NCBI GenBank assembly: GCA_964491475.1 | Contig: CAZBFO010000002.1 | Location: 16,501 to 80,500 of the forward strand | DNA length: 64,000 nt | Direction of reading: 5' to 3' | Origin: an uncultured Gammaproteobacteria bacterium | GTDB taxonomy: Bacteria; Patescibacteriota; Patescibacteriia; SG8-24 | Shown: positions 28,362 through 39,000 of the stretch, in pieces | Layout of the letters: each line of letters opens with the position of its first letter | How positions within the stretch are numbered: position 1 is the first letter of the stretch | The notes under the pieces: generated by a model | Told to the model about the DNA's origin: nothing | Databases searched by the model: none | Seen by the model: the letters and a program-made list of their open reading frames with translations, nothing else | Made by a program: the position numbers and the translations under genes

Positions 28362-28643
28362 AACCCTCTTATCTTAGAAGTTCGGAGTGAATAGGGCAAT
28401 GGAGTCGTAAAGGGCATAGAGCATTGACTTTTTAGCTTAGATGAGGTATATTTCCGAGTCGCTCACTTCATCCACACCCAATACCGCCAAACGCAGGAGA
28501 AGCTTGGCTGCAGCGGAAAACGGCTTTTTTCGAGGCCGTTCCTCGCTGTGGCAAAGTCTTGGTGGCCGAGCCTTGCCCAATATCGGGCACAGCGAACGCG
28601 ACTTTGTCCGCAAGGATCGTCGCACATCGAAAGGACAGTGGTC

Positions 28644-29222
28644 ATGACCACGAAATCCGCATTCAGTGTTCTGGGTCTGGCACATAAGTTCGGTCTCGCG
28701 TGGGAGAAATCCGGCGGTTCCGTCGAGGAGCTCAACGCGCTTGCAGAAGACGGCGAGAAACTTAAGCAAGCTCTCTCCGTGCTCCGCGGTGCCGCGACAG
28801 CGTGCCCCGTCTTGCTCGACTGCGGTATCGCGCCGTACGTTCCGGACGGTTGGACGGTCGAGGAACACCGCAACTGCGGTCTGCTCGACCTTGCCAATGC
28901 GAAAATTGACCTTTTCCGCGACGAGGGCCAAATGAGTCGGAATGGGATGGCCGGTGAGGCGCTTCGCAAGGCGCTGGCGGGCCAGCCGGTCCTCAACGCA
29001 GTAGTCCTCGACTACCTGCTCGAACATCCCTCTCTCATTCCGGCCGAATGGAGGGGCGTGTGCGTATTCTTTTGGGGAACGATCTACCGCGATTCGGAAG
29101 GCGGTTTGCGCGTTCGTTATCTTTCGTGGAGCATGGGTGACAAGTGGACATGGAGCAGCAACCTCGCCGGCTACCCTTGGTCCCCAATCTCCCCAGCCGC
29201 ACGGGCGCAGACCGACATTTGA
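28644..29222 (+). CDS. Hypothetical protein with Trp-rich C-terminus
   Basis: AAGGA RBS; LDYLLEHPSLIPAEW...FFWGTIYR motif of a type I associate with CPR hypothetical proteins. Confidence 0.7.
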   Translation: MTTKSAFSVLGLAHKFGLAWEKSGGSVEELNALAEDGEKLKQALSVLRGAATACPVLLDCGIAPYVPDGWTVEEHRNCGLLDLANAKIDLFRDEGQMSRNGMAGEALRKALAGQPVLNAVVLDYLLEHPSLIPAEWRGVCVFFWGTIYRDSEGGLRVRYLSWSMGDKWTWSSNLAGYPWSPISPAARAQTDI

Positions 29223-29312
29223 TGTTTAGAGCAGCATCGTAGATATCTTATTCTCGTGCAGTCCTCCGCTCCGCGCGCATCATTCGCACGCGGAGCTTTT
29301 CTTTCCCCCGTA

Positions 29313-29340
29313 TTGACAAAAACCCCCTTTCCGCTATACT
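29313..29340 (+). promoter_or_regulatory. sigma70 promoter of rnpB
   Basis: TTGACA-16 nt-TATACT. Confidence 0.7.
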
Positions 29341-29369
29341 CCACCGAGTCCCGGAAACGGGACCGTAAT

Positions 29370-29861
29370 GGTTTGCCAGACGATCGCTCCGCCTTAAAAA
29401 GCGGGGAGGAAAGTCCGAACACCCTTACCGCGCGCAAGCGCGGCAAGAAGCGGATAGCTGCTAACGGCAGCCGGGAGTAAGGACATCGAACGTTCCCTCG
29501 GGTACCGAAAGGTGACGAGAAAGCGGTTGATGACCCCAAGTCCAGGGAAAGTGCAACAGAGAATACACCGCCCAGCCGTCGCAAGACGGAGGGTAAGGCT
29601 GAAATCGTGGGAGGCCGGAGCAACGGCCCGACCCCTCGCCCCGAAAGAGGCGAACGGGAGCAAGAGCCCACGCGGCATGCCTCGAGAGAGGTACCGTGGA
29701 AAACCCTATCCGGTGCAAGAGCAAATTTGGTAGCTCGCTATTTCTACCGCTGGCCGCCCGAAAGGACGGTTACGTAGAGACGAAGCTCGCGCGCAAGCGC
29801 GGCTCAAGAGAGATGATCGTCCCGCCGCAAGGCGCGACAAAATTCGGCTTATCGGCAAACC
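29370..29861 (+). ncRNA. rnpB: RNase P RNA (enlarged, about 490 nt)
   Basis: GAGGAAAGTCC (29406-29416), GAAAGTGCAACAGAGA, ACAAAATTCGGCTTA (29837-29851); P1 ggtttgcc/ggcaaacc closure. Confidence 0.95.
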
Positions 29862-29891
29862 AAAAAACCCTTCTCGCAAGAGAGGGGTTTT
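29862..29891. terminator. Bidirectional terminator after rnpB
   Basis: A-tract, cccttctc-gcaa-gagagggg stem-loop, T-tract. Confidence 0.7.
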
Positions 29892-30999
29892 ACGTTCCTG
29901 GAAAAGTTTCGCCGTCGAAGCGGATGGCCATCATCCAGCGGTCCACACGCGCGCCCTTCGGTCCGTCGGTGTCCCACCACAGTTGCTTGAAGCGCGAGAC
30001 GCTCATCTTGCGGCGACCGTCGCCGTCGATCTCCGGGTCCACCATGAAGACGTGCTCGTCGGTCACGTGGTAGATGACGGAGAAGTGGTCTTCGACGGGG
30101 TGCACTCCGGGCACGAACTTCCATCGGCTTGGTCCGTCGGCGGGAGAATACCAGCCAACGATGACCGGCAGGCGTTCCCTGCGCACGAGCCGGCGAACCT
30201 CTTCGAGGCTTGCGGCTGACTTTGCCAGTACGTTTGCGCCCAGCGTTTTCGCGGCTTTTACCAGTCCCGCGTGGTTGGTCCCGTTCTTGGCAGACGTGCT
30301 GCAGAGCTTGCCCAGAAGCAGCTCTTCGTACTCGCGGCCGAAGAACGAACAGACGATTTTTAGGCTCGCGGGTCCGCAGTACCCGGGGCGCTGGCGGAAC
30401 GGCTTCAGCGCCAGCGGCTTGGCAGAACCGGCGGCACGCTGCTGCGCATACCGCTTCCTCTCGGCTTGCGTCGCCAGGTCATGCGCTTCTTCGTACGCCA
30501 TGCCCGACGCCATCGACTGGCGTTCGTGCAGTTCGTGAAAGAGCGTGTTCTCGATCTCGCGCGGATCTTGGCAGGCGTCGAGCCAGACTTCATTTTTCGG
30601 AATGTAGTCGTACACCAAGTCGTGTCCGCCGAAGATGAACCATGGATCGACGTGGCGGCGGATGATGTCGCCGCGAACGTGACGCAGCGTGAGCGTGCCG
30701 CGCTTCTCGCTGCGCAAGATAAGCGCGGGAACAAGACCCTTTTTTGTCAGGTTCTGCTTGAGCCAGGCGCGCGCCTTGTCGCCGCCCAACGAAGCCAGCC
30801 GGCGCTCGGCGCGAAGCACGCGTCGCAGGAACGGCAGCTCCTTCAGGTAGTGCCGGTCGATCCAGATTTCGTCCTTGGGGACGTACGGGTGCGGCGCTGA
30901 ACCTCGCCGTTGCAGGCGCGGTTCGTACTCCTCGACGATGTCGAGGTCGGGGTAGTACTGGCGCAGCCTGAACCCGTCGATGACGCGGATTTTTTTCAT
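29890..30999 (-). CDS. Protein with duplicated N-terminal domain and C39-like cysteine peptidase domain
   Basis: QRPGYCGPASL catalytic Cys, HFSVI His, MVDP Asp; N-terminal repeat YVPKDEIWID / YIPKNEVWLD. Confidence 0.75.
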   Translation of the reverse strand: MKKIRVIDGFRLRQYYPDLDIVEEYEPRLQRRGSAPHPYVPKDEIWIDRHYLKELPFLRRVLRAERRLASLGGDKARAWLKQNLTKKGLVPALILRSEKRGTLTLRHVRGDIIRRHVDPWFIFGGHDLVYDYIPKNEVWLDACQDPREIENTLFHELHERQSMASGMAYEEAHDLATQAERKRYAQQRAAGSAKPLALKPFRQRPGYCGPASLKIVCSFFGREYEELLLGKLCSTSAKNGTNHAGLVKAAKTLGANVLAKSAASLEEVRRLVRRERLPVIVGWYSPADGPSRWKFVPGVHPVEDHFSVIYHVTDEHVFMVDPEIDGDGRRKMSVSRFKQLWWDTDGPKGARVDRWMMAIRFDGETFPGT

Positions 31000-31000
31000 G

Positions 31001-32056
31001 CTAACGGACTCCAATCTTCTTGCGAACGTCCTTCATGGTCGCCTTGGCGACCTTTTGGGCTTTCTTGGCGCCCGCCGCAAGGATACGTTGCACCTTCTCG
31101 GGGTTTTTGGCCAACGCTTCCCGCTTCTTTCGGAAATCGGCGAAATGGTCGGCGATGCGCGTGGCCACCAATTTCTTGAGGTCGCCGTAGCGGATGGGCT
31201 GCGTGGCACGGACGCGATCGGCTTCTTCCTGCGAACCGAAAATCCGAAGTAGCGTCAGCAGGTTCCAGACTCCGGCCAGGCCGCGAAGCCTTTCGTCATC
31301 ATGGCCTTCCGGGTGAGTCTGCATGGCGTGCTCCAACTCTTCCTCGGTCATCGAGATGATGCCAGTCGTCTCCGTCACGGCGCGCTTCAGCTTTTCGCAG
31401 ATGACATCGGGAGAGTCGGTCAGCCCGATGTAGGTCTTGTCGCCGAGCGACTTCGACATCTTCTTGAGAGGGTCGGTGATGCTGCGGAGCTTGGGCACGT
31501 CGGTGAGCATGGCCTTTGTCTCCGGGAAGTACTCGCCGAACTTGTTATTGAAGAAACGTCCGATGTCGCGAGTGAGTTCCACATGCTGCACCTGGTCTTG
31601 GCCTACGGGCACCCACTCCGCCTTGTACATCAAGATGTCGGCAGCTTGGAGCACCGGGTAATCGAACAGGCCCATGTTGATGTTCTGGTTCTGGTGCCCG
31701 GCCTTGTCCTTGAACTGCGTCATTCGTTCTAGGAATGAAACGGGTGTTACGGTATTGAACACCCAGCCCAGCTCGGTGTGCTCCTGTACGTGCGACTGCA
31801 CGAAGAGCGTGGATTTCTTGGGATCGATGCCCAGGGCGATGAGGTCGGCTGCCAAATCCAAAATCTGCCGACGTTTTTCGGCCGGATCGTAGTCGCCCGA
31901 AAGCGAGTGGTAGTCGGCAATGAAGAAATAGCACTTATAGCCCTCATTTTGCAGACGGACCCAGTTGCGGACAGCACCGACATAGTTTCCGAGATGGAGA
32001 CGCCCGGTGGGTTGGGCGCCGGAAAAGACAACTTGCTTGGACTTGGGTAAAGCCAT
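31001..32056 (-). CDS. trpS: Tryptophanyl-tRNA synthetase
   Basis: SGAQPTGRLHLGNY, YPVLQAADIL, VGQDQVQH and KMSKS motifs. Confidence 0.97.
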   Translation of the reverse strand: MALPKSKQVVFSGAQPTGRLHLGNYVGAVRNWVRLQNEGYKCYFFIADYHSLSGDYDPAEKRRQILDLAADLIALGIDPKKSTLFVQSHVQEHTELGWVFNTVTPVSFLERMTQFKDKAGHQNQNINMGLFDYPVLQAADILMYKAEWVPVGQDQVQHVELTRDIGRFFNNKFGEYFPETKAMLTDVPKLRSITDPLKKMSKSLGDKTYIGLTDSPDVICEKLKRAVTETTGIISMTEEELEHAMQTHPEGHDDERLRGLAGVWNLLTLLRIFGSQEEADRVRATQPIRYGDLKKLVATRIADHFADFRKKREALAKNPEKVQRILAAGAKKAQKVAKATMKDVRKKIGVR

Positions 32057-32092
32057 ACGGGGTGAAGTATAGGGGGAGATGACTAAGGTGGC

Positions 32093-32173
32093 AACGCCGC
32101 GATCGGTAGCTCCACCGCCGCCCACTCCGACTACTCCGACACCCTCACCTTCGTGGCGACGGGGACGTTCTAA
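32093..32173 (+). pseudogene. 3' remnant of a surface-protein paralog
   Basis: Reads NAAIGSSTAAHSDYSDTLTFVATGTF*, matching the C-termini of the two downstream genes; no upstream ORF; followed by a terminator. Confidence 0.8.
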
Positions 32174-32194
32174 CCTTGGAAACCAAAAGAACTG

Positions 32195-32227
32195 AAAAAA
32201 CGACCCCTAATGAGAGGGTCGTTTTTT
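32195..32227. terminator. Intrinsic terminator
   Basis: aaaaaacgaccc...gggtcgtttttt. Confidence 0.65.
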
Positions 32228-32398
32228 CATCGGTTCGGACACTTGTGGATAAGCCATTTTTTTGCTATAATGCAAGGGACATTAAAACTCGACGAGGAGG
32301 TCCAAAAATAAAAAACGTTCCCTTTTGCCCGCATTTTAGACTGAAAAGTCGAAGAAAGCGCGTAAATTAAAGCAAAAAGGGTGTACGACGCCATTTTT

Positions 32399-35300
32399 AT
32401 GAAGGAAGGTCTTTTGCGGGGTGTCAAAAGTCTGGCCAGCCGTTTCCTTGTGGCGCTGGTCATTCTTCAGAATTTGGCGATCGCCATTCCGGCCGCCAAT
32501 GCGGCAGAACAGTCCTCTTATCGTTGGCGCAACGATGACGGTACCGAAGCTACCGCCACCTGGGCTGCCGCCGAAAATACCCCTGCCAACGTGCTCCGCG
32601 GCACGCCCGAGCGCCTTCGTTTTGGCGCCAATCACGAGACTGTCGACGGTGACGTCACCACCTCCGTGCGCCTGAACGCCGGCGACGACGGGTATTTTCC
32701 CAGCGCGCTCGACGGCACTGACCTTTATGTCGCCTCCGCGGAGAGTCCCGCCCGTCTCCTGAAGTTCGACACCACCTCTGGTCCTCCGTATTCCGCCCCC
32801 GGCGAGATCGACCTCGCGACGGGCGAGAACAACGTCTATACGCTCGCGCTCGACACCGCCAACGACCGCGGCTACTTCGTTACCAGTACCGTCCCGAGCA
32901 AGGTGATCAAGGTCCAGCTCTCGACGTTCACCCGTCTCTCCACGCTGACCCTGTCCTCGGGCGACAATTACGTGGCCGGCTCGGTGATCTACAACGGCTA
33001 CCTGTACCTCGTCGCCCGCACCAATCCCGGTAAGCTGCTGAAGGTGAACCTGACCAGCTTCACCGAAGTGACTTCGGACACGCTTAGTCTCGGCGACGAC
33101 CTGACTTACGCCACTGCCAACCCGATCGCCAACGACAACAAGCTGTATTACGCCGACGGCAACAACTACGTCTTCAAGATCGATGTCACCAGTCCGGGTT
33201 CGTCCGCGCCGTCGATCGACACCACGTTGACCATCCCGACGCCGAGTTCGCCGTACAACAACGCCGTCTACACGTACGTCTACGGCGGCATCATCGACAC
33301 CTCCAACGATTACCTTTACGTCAGCAACTATTACGGGCTGATCCATAAGATCGACATCTCGGGCGGAACGACCTTCAGCTACGTCGGCTATACCCCGACG
33401 ATCTCTGCCCTCGACGGCGCGTTCGCCATCGACCAGGCGAGCGGCAAGCTGTATGTCGGGAGCTACAACGCCTACATTTCCAAGATCGATCTCGGCACGT
33501 TCACGCAAGACGCCGCCAACACCTCGCTTAACTACGGGAACATCTACTCGTTGACCGTCTCGGGCGACGGCAGCACGGTCTATGCCCCGTCTTGGGATGC
33601 GCCCGCGCACATTCAGGCAATAGCGACGAGCACGCTCACGCCCACGACCGTGTATGACGGCGCGTCCCGCGGCGACGACGGCGCGAACTCCGCGGTCATC
33701 GACACCGCGACCAATTACATGTACATCGGTACCAGCTACAACGACCGCGTCAACGGCGACGAGATCATCCAGGTGGACCGCAACACCATGACTCGCACCG
33801 GCCGCATCGTCCTGCCGGACGGCTACGAGTCGCTCGGTGCCGCGGCAATCGACGTGACCGACCGCTACGCCTACTTCATCGACTACAATGCGCCGTCGCA
33901 CCTCATTCGCGTGCACCTCGATGCGTTCCCGACTTACGACGTGCTGACGCTGCCGGCGGACGGCCCGTACTACTACCACTACGACGCGATGGCGATCGAC
34001 CCGAACCCGGCGCACCACTATCTCTACCTGGGCTCGTACGGCGTGCCTTCCGTCGTGACCCAAGTCGACCTGAACACCTTCACGCGCGGTTCGACGCTCC
34101 AGCTGCTTTCGTCGCCGATGGAGGATCGCCTTTACAACTCTCTCGCCATCGACACGGTCAATAACAAGCTGTATGCGGGCGTCGGCAGTTCCAGCGGCAG
34201 GGTCGTGCGCATCGACATCACCGGATCGAACCTGACGCGCAACGGCGCCATCAGCACGCCGAGCGACGCCTTTGCCAGCGCCGCGCTCGTCGATGAGGCT
34301 GCAGGGATCCTTTACCTCGGTTCCAACAGTTCCGACATCCTGAAGATCAACGTGGCCAACGGCACGACGTTCTCGATCATGGGCAACGTCTACGTCGGCG
34401 GATTTGAGGATTACGTCTTCAACTTCTCGCTCGACACGGTCAACGGCATGCTTTACGCCGGCGGTGCCGGCACGCCCGGCAAGGTGTTCCGCATCCAGAC
34501 GCCGACCTTCTCCTACGACACGGGCGACGACATCATCGCCCCGAACGGCGAGGAATACGTCTATACGGTAAACGTCGACAGTAACGACGGGAGCGTCTAT
34601 TACACGTCCTACCAGGCTCCGAGCCTCGTCACCAAGGTCACTGCCAACCCCCGGAAACGGTTCCGCCTCGAGTACGCGCCCAAGAGCGGTACCTGTGCCG
34701 CGTCGACCTACACGGCCGTCGCCAACGGCAACGATTGGGAGCCGGCGCTTTCGTCGAACGTGACCAACGGCTCGGCCACGACCAACGTGGTCGGCGGTCT
34801 GACCGATCCCGCGACATACTTCAAGGCCGGTTACGTCATGACCGCCGGCGGTCAGACGCCGGCGCTCCAAGTGGTGAACGATCACTTCTCGGAACTCGAG
34901 TATTCCATCAAGGCCAAGTCGACGGCCGCGCCGGGCGATTACTGCTTCCGTCTGACTGACGCGGGTTCGGCCCTCGCCACGTATACCAACTACGCCGAAG
35001 CGACGCTGAAGACGAACGACGTGACGGTCAGCAACAACGCCACGCTCGGCTCCATGAAGGTCAATGCGACCACCAGCATGACCGTCGGCTTCACGCTGCA
35101 GAACACGCTCGACGGGACGCTCACGGTCACGCTGCCGACCGCCCCGGGCGAGTTCACCATCAACTCCGATCCGCAGCCGTTCCCTTACTCCTCGGCGTGC
35201 TTGTCCGGCTTCGGTCACACCTCGAGCACCGTTTTTGCCACCAAGACCGCGTGTTCCGGCGCCATCTATCTTGGCGGCTTCTCGGTGACCAACCCCTCGT

Positions 35301-35947
35301 CCCCGGGTGCCTATACGATTTCGTGGGTGAACGATGACCCCGGGTACACCATCGTGGCCATCGTCGACTCCGACCAGGTCAACGTGAACGCGCAGGTCTC
35401 GCCGAGCATCACCTTCGACCTCAATGCCAACACCAACAACGCGCCCCAGGCCGCCCCGTACTCGGTCGCGCTCGGCACCCTGACGACCGGCACCGTCAAG
35501 CATTCGAACAACTCCGGCGTCAACTCGATTTGGGCCAACCTGGACACGAATGCCTCTGGGGGAGCGATCGTGACCGTCCTGTCGCAGAACGCGGCCTTGG
35601 CCTCCCAGTCGGTGCCTTCGGACACGATTCCCAATTCTGCCGCTTCGATGGCGGCTGGCGTCGCGAACTACGGCCTCTGCGTGAATACGATCACCGTGCC
35701 TAGCGCTACGGGAGGCACGTTCCAGGCGGCCGCTCCGTATAATCTCGGCACCTGCGATCCCGCCGGATCCACCAACGCCGTGAAGACGCTCTCAATGATT
35801 ACTCCGACCTCGATTCTCAACACCAATTCGAGCGGTGCCTCCGGCGGAGTCGCGGAAATCCTGGTCAACGCGGCCATTTCCAACTCGACGATAGCGCACA
35901 GCGACTACGAGGACGTCCTGACCTTCATTGCGACAGGGACGTTCTAG
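32399..35947 (+). CDS. Large secreted/surface protein: beta-propeller repeats plus conserved C-terminal domain
   Basis: Signal peptide; repeated AIDxxxxxLYxG blades; ends HSDYEDVLTFIATGTF. Confidence 0.85.
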   Translation: MKEGLLRGVKSLASRFLVALVILQNLAIAIPAANAAEQSSYRWRNDDGTEATATWAAAENTPANVLRGTPERLRFGANHETVDGDVTTSVRLNAGDDGYFPSALDGTDLYVASAESPARLLKFDTTSGPPYSAPGEIDLATGENNVYTLALDTANDRGYFVTSTVPSKVIKVQLSTFTRLSTLTLSSGDNYVAGSVIYNGYLYLVARTNPGKLLKVNLTSFTEVTSDTLSLGDDLTYATANPIANDNKLYYADGNNYVFKIDVTSPGSSAPSIDTTLTIPTPSSPYNNAVYTYVYGGIIDTSNDYLYVSNYYGLIHKIDISGGTTFSYVGYTPTISALDGAFAIDQASGKLYVGSYNAYISKIDLGTFTQDAANTSLNYGNIYSLTVSGDGSTVYAPSWDAPAHIQAIATSTLTPTTVYDGASRGDDGANSAVIDTATNYMYIGTSYNDRVNGDEIIQVDRNTMTRTGRIVLPDGYESLGAAAIDVTDRYAYFIDYNAPSHLIRVHLDAFPTYDVLTLPADGPYYYHYDAMAIDPNPAHHYLYLGSYGVPSVVTQVDLNTFTRGSTLQLLSSPMEDRLYNSLAIDTVNNKLYAGVGSSSGRVVRIDITGSNLTRNGAISTPSDAFASAALVDEAAGILYLGSNSSDILKINVANGTTFSIMGNVYVGGFEDYVFNFSLDTVNGMLYAGGAGTPGKVFRIQTPTFSYDTGDDIIAPNGEEYVYTVNVDSNDGSVYYTSYQAPSLVTKVTANPRKRFRLEYAPKSGTCAASTYTAVANGNDWEPALSSNVTNGSATTNVVGGLTDPATYFKAGYVMTAGGQTPALQVVNDHFSELEYSIKAKSTAAPGDYCFRLTDAGSALATYTNYAEATLKTNDVTVSNNATLGSMKVNATTSMTVGFTLQNTLDGTLTVTLPTAPGEFTINSDPQPFPYSSACLSGFGHTSSTVFATKTACSGAIYLGGFSVTNPSSPGAYTISWVNDDPGYTIVAIVDSDQVNVNAQVSPSITFDLNANTNNAPQAAPYSVALGTLTTGTVKHSNNSGVNSIWANLDTNASGGAIVTVLSQNAALASQSVPSDTIPNSAASMAAGVANYGLCVNTITVPSATGGTFQAAAPYNLGTCDPAGSTNAVKTLSMITPTSILNTNSSGASGGVAEILVNAAISNSTIAHSDYEDVLTFIATGTF

Positions 35948-36086
35948 TGATCGAGGAAAGAGCCAAGGTTGACCAAAAAGCACACAAAAACCGCCCCGTA
36001 CGAGAGCGGTTTTTGTGCATAAGTTGGCTTCAAGAGCGCTTATTTTTCTGGTATAATCAAAAGGAAATAAAAGAAAATAGGAGAAT

Positions 36087-39000
36087 ATGAGGAAATTACC
36101 CGGTTTCTCATCGCATCAAGGCCGCCATCACGGAGAGGGGCGGTTTTTAGCTGTTGATAAGATCAAGCATGCGCTGTCTGGGGTAGCTGCAAAGCGGGCC
36201 GTCGCCAAGCTCATGGTTGCCGTGACGATTTTTTCGCAAATGATTGCCGTTGTGCCTTCGACGCAGGCCGCCGAACAGGTCGGTTTGGTCGTCAAACCGA
36301 TGCTTTCGACCGGGGGCGCGCATACGCTGTTTCTGAAGACCGACGGTACCGTTTGGGGATCAGGCTTGAACAGCTCTGGTCAGCTTGGCAACGGAGCCAA
36401 CACGAACGTTTCGACCGCCGTGCAGGTTTCGAGTTTGAACGGAGTGGTGGCCGTCGCGGGCGGACAGTACCATTCGCTGGCCCTCAAGGCCAACGGCACC
36501 GTCTGGGCGTGGGGTGCTAATTCCTCTGGCCAGCTCGGCAACGGTTCCAACACCGGCAGCAACGTGCCCGTGCAGGTTTCTGGCCTGACCGGGGTTATCG
36601 CCGTCGCGGCAGGCGGCAGTCACTCGCTGGCCCTCAAGGCCAACGGCACCGTCTGGGCGTGGGGGTTGAACGGTCAGGGTCAGCTGGGCGACGGTACCAA
36701 CACCGACAGCAACGTGCCCGTGCAGGTTTTCGGCTTGAGCAGCGTGGCCACCGTCGCTTCCGGTCTGTACTTCTCGCTCGCCATCAAGACTGACGGTACG
36801 TCGTGGGGATGGGGCCAGGACAATCGCGGTCAGCTTTGCGACGGTACCAACACCGACAGCAACGTGCCCGTGCAGGCTACCGGAATTACGACCGCTAAGT
36901 CCATCGCGGGCGGCGCCGAACACGCCATCATCGCCCTCGACGACGGAACGGTCAGGTCGTGCGGTCGCAACAACGAGGGTCAGCTGGGCGACGGCACCAA
37001 CACCGACAGCAACGTGCCGGTTACCGTTTCCGGATTGTCCGGAGTCGCTTCGGTTGTCGGCGGCCTATATCATTCCGCGGCGCTCAAGGCCGACGGCACG
37101 GTTCGCACCTGGGGTTGGAACCTGCTGGGTCAGCTGGGCGACGGCACCAACACCGACAGCAACGTGCCGGTGACGCCGACCGGTTTGACCGGCGCGTCCC
37201 AACTCGCGACATCTTCGACTAGCGAGCACGTGATGGCGCTCAAGGCCGACGGGACGATTTGGGGTTGGGCTAACAACGGCGCAGGCGAGTTCGGTAACGG
37301 GAACACTACGGTCACCAACTATCCGGTGCAATCTCTCTTCGACATGTACGTGGGTCCTGCCGGCATCGTCGAGGTGGCTGGCGGCGCCGATCATGCCATC
37401 GCGCTCAAGGTCAACGGAGACGTCTGGGGTTGGGGCTACAACGGTGACGGCGAAATCGGTAACGGTACCAACACCAACAGCTTGACGCCCCTTCAGACTT
37501 CCGTTCTGACGGCGGCCAGGAGCATCGCCAGCGGCGGCAGTCATAATCTCGCGATCGACTCGGACGGCACCGTTTGGGCGTGGGGAGCGAACAATTACGG
37601 CCAGCTCGCTGACGGAAACACGCCTTTTAGCAGCAACGTGCCAGTGCAGGTTTCCGGTCTCACGGATGCCGTTGCGGTGGCCGGCGGTTACTACCATTCG
37701 CTGGCCCTCAAGGCCAACGGCACCGTTTGGGCGTGGGGAGCGAACAATTACGGCCAGCTCGGCGACGGCACCAACACCGATAGCGACGTTCCCGTGCAGG
37801 TGTCCGGACTCACCGACGTCGTAGCCATTGCCTCGGGTTTGCAGAACTCCATGGCGCTCCTTGCAGACGGCAGCGTTTGGATGTGGGGATTCGGCAATGG
37901 CGGACAGCTGGGCAACGGCACCAACGCCCACAGCAACGTGCCGGTACAGGTATCGACGATCAGCGGCGTGCGCGCCATTGCCGACGGTGATGTCGGCGCA
38001 ATGGCCCTGCTTGGCGACGGCACCGTCTGGGCGTGGGGCGTGAACGCCTTCGGCAGCCTTGGCGACGGCACTAACACCGACAGCAATACGCCCGTTGCGG
38101 TCTCCAACGTCGACCTCGCTTCGGATGTCGTCACGCTTGCGGCGGGCGGAGGACACATGGTCGCTATTAAGGCCAACGGCACCGTCTGGGCGTGGGGCCT
38201 CAACGCCAGCGGCGAGCTCGGCGACGGCACCAACACCGACAGGAATGTCCCCGTACAGACCACCGGTATCATCGGCGGGAAAGTCGTCGGGCGCGGCTTC
38301 AGCAGCACTTACGTCGTAAAGAGCAACGGCACGCTCTGGGCGTGGGGCTACAACGGCGACGGCGAGCTGGGCAACGGCACCTTGATCAACAGCAGCAGTC
38401 CGGTGCAGGTGCAGTTCCCGGCGCCTCCGGGGCCGACCGGCAACACGACCGACAACTCCGCGCTGTTCTCGCGCTTGGGCGTGAACGCGAACGCGACGGT
38501 GACGATTGCCTTTACGCTCGCGGACACCCTGTCTTCCCAATTGACCGTGACTTTTGACCCGGCCTTCACCGGCATGAACGTTTCCGGTGCCAGCGCCAAT
38601 ACTCCGAACACCCCCGGCTGCATGAGCAACTTCGTGGCCACCGGTCCGAACAGCTTCACGGCCGACAAAGCGGGCTGCTCCGGCGTCGTCATGATTTCCG
38701 GCATTCAGGTCGTCAATCCACCGACCCCGGGCTCGTACCAGATTTCCTGGACCAATGACGACCCCGGCTACACGTTGGTCGCCATCGTCGATTCCGACCA
38801 GGTGACGGTGAATGCGCAAGTCGCTCCTTCAATCACTTTCGACCTTAACGCGGGGACCACCAACGCGTCCGTCTCGGCACCGTACAGCGTGGCGCTCGGC
38901 AGCCTGACCACCGTCGCGGTCGCTCACTCCGACAACTCCACGGTGAACTCCATCTGGGCCAACCTCGACACCAACGCGGCCGGCGGCGCCATCGTCACCG

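Noticed and set aside
32244-32252. Perfect DnaA box suggesting oriC
   Set aside because: Isolated box, no cluster, no dnaA/dnaN nearby.
36320-38410. CRISPR-like periodic repeats
   Set aside because: The repeats are in-frame RCC1 coding units; no unique spacers or cas genes.
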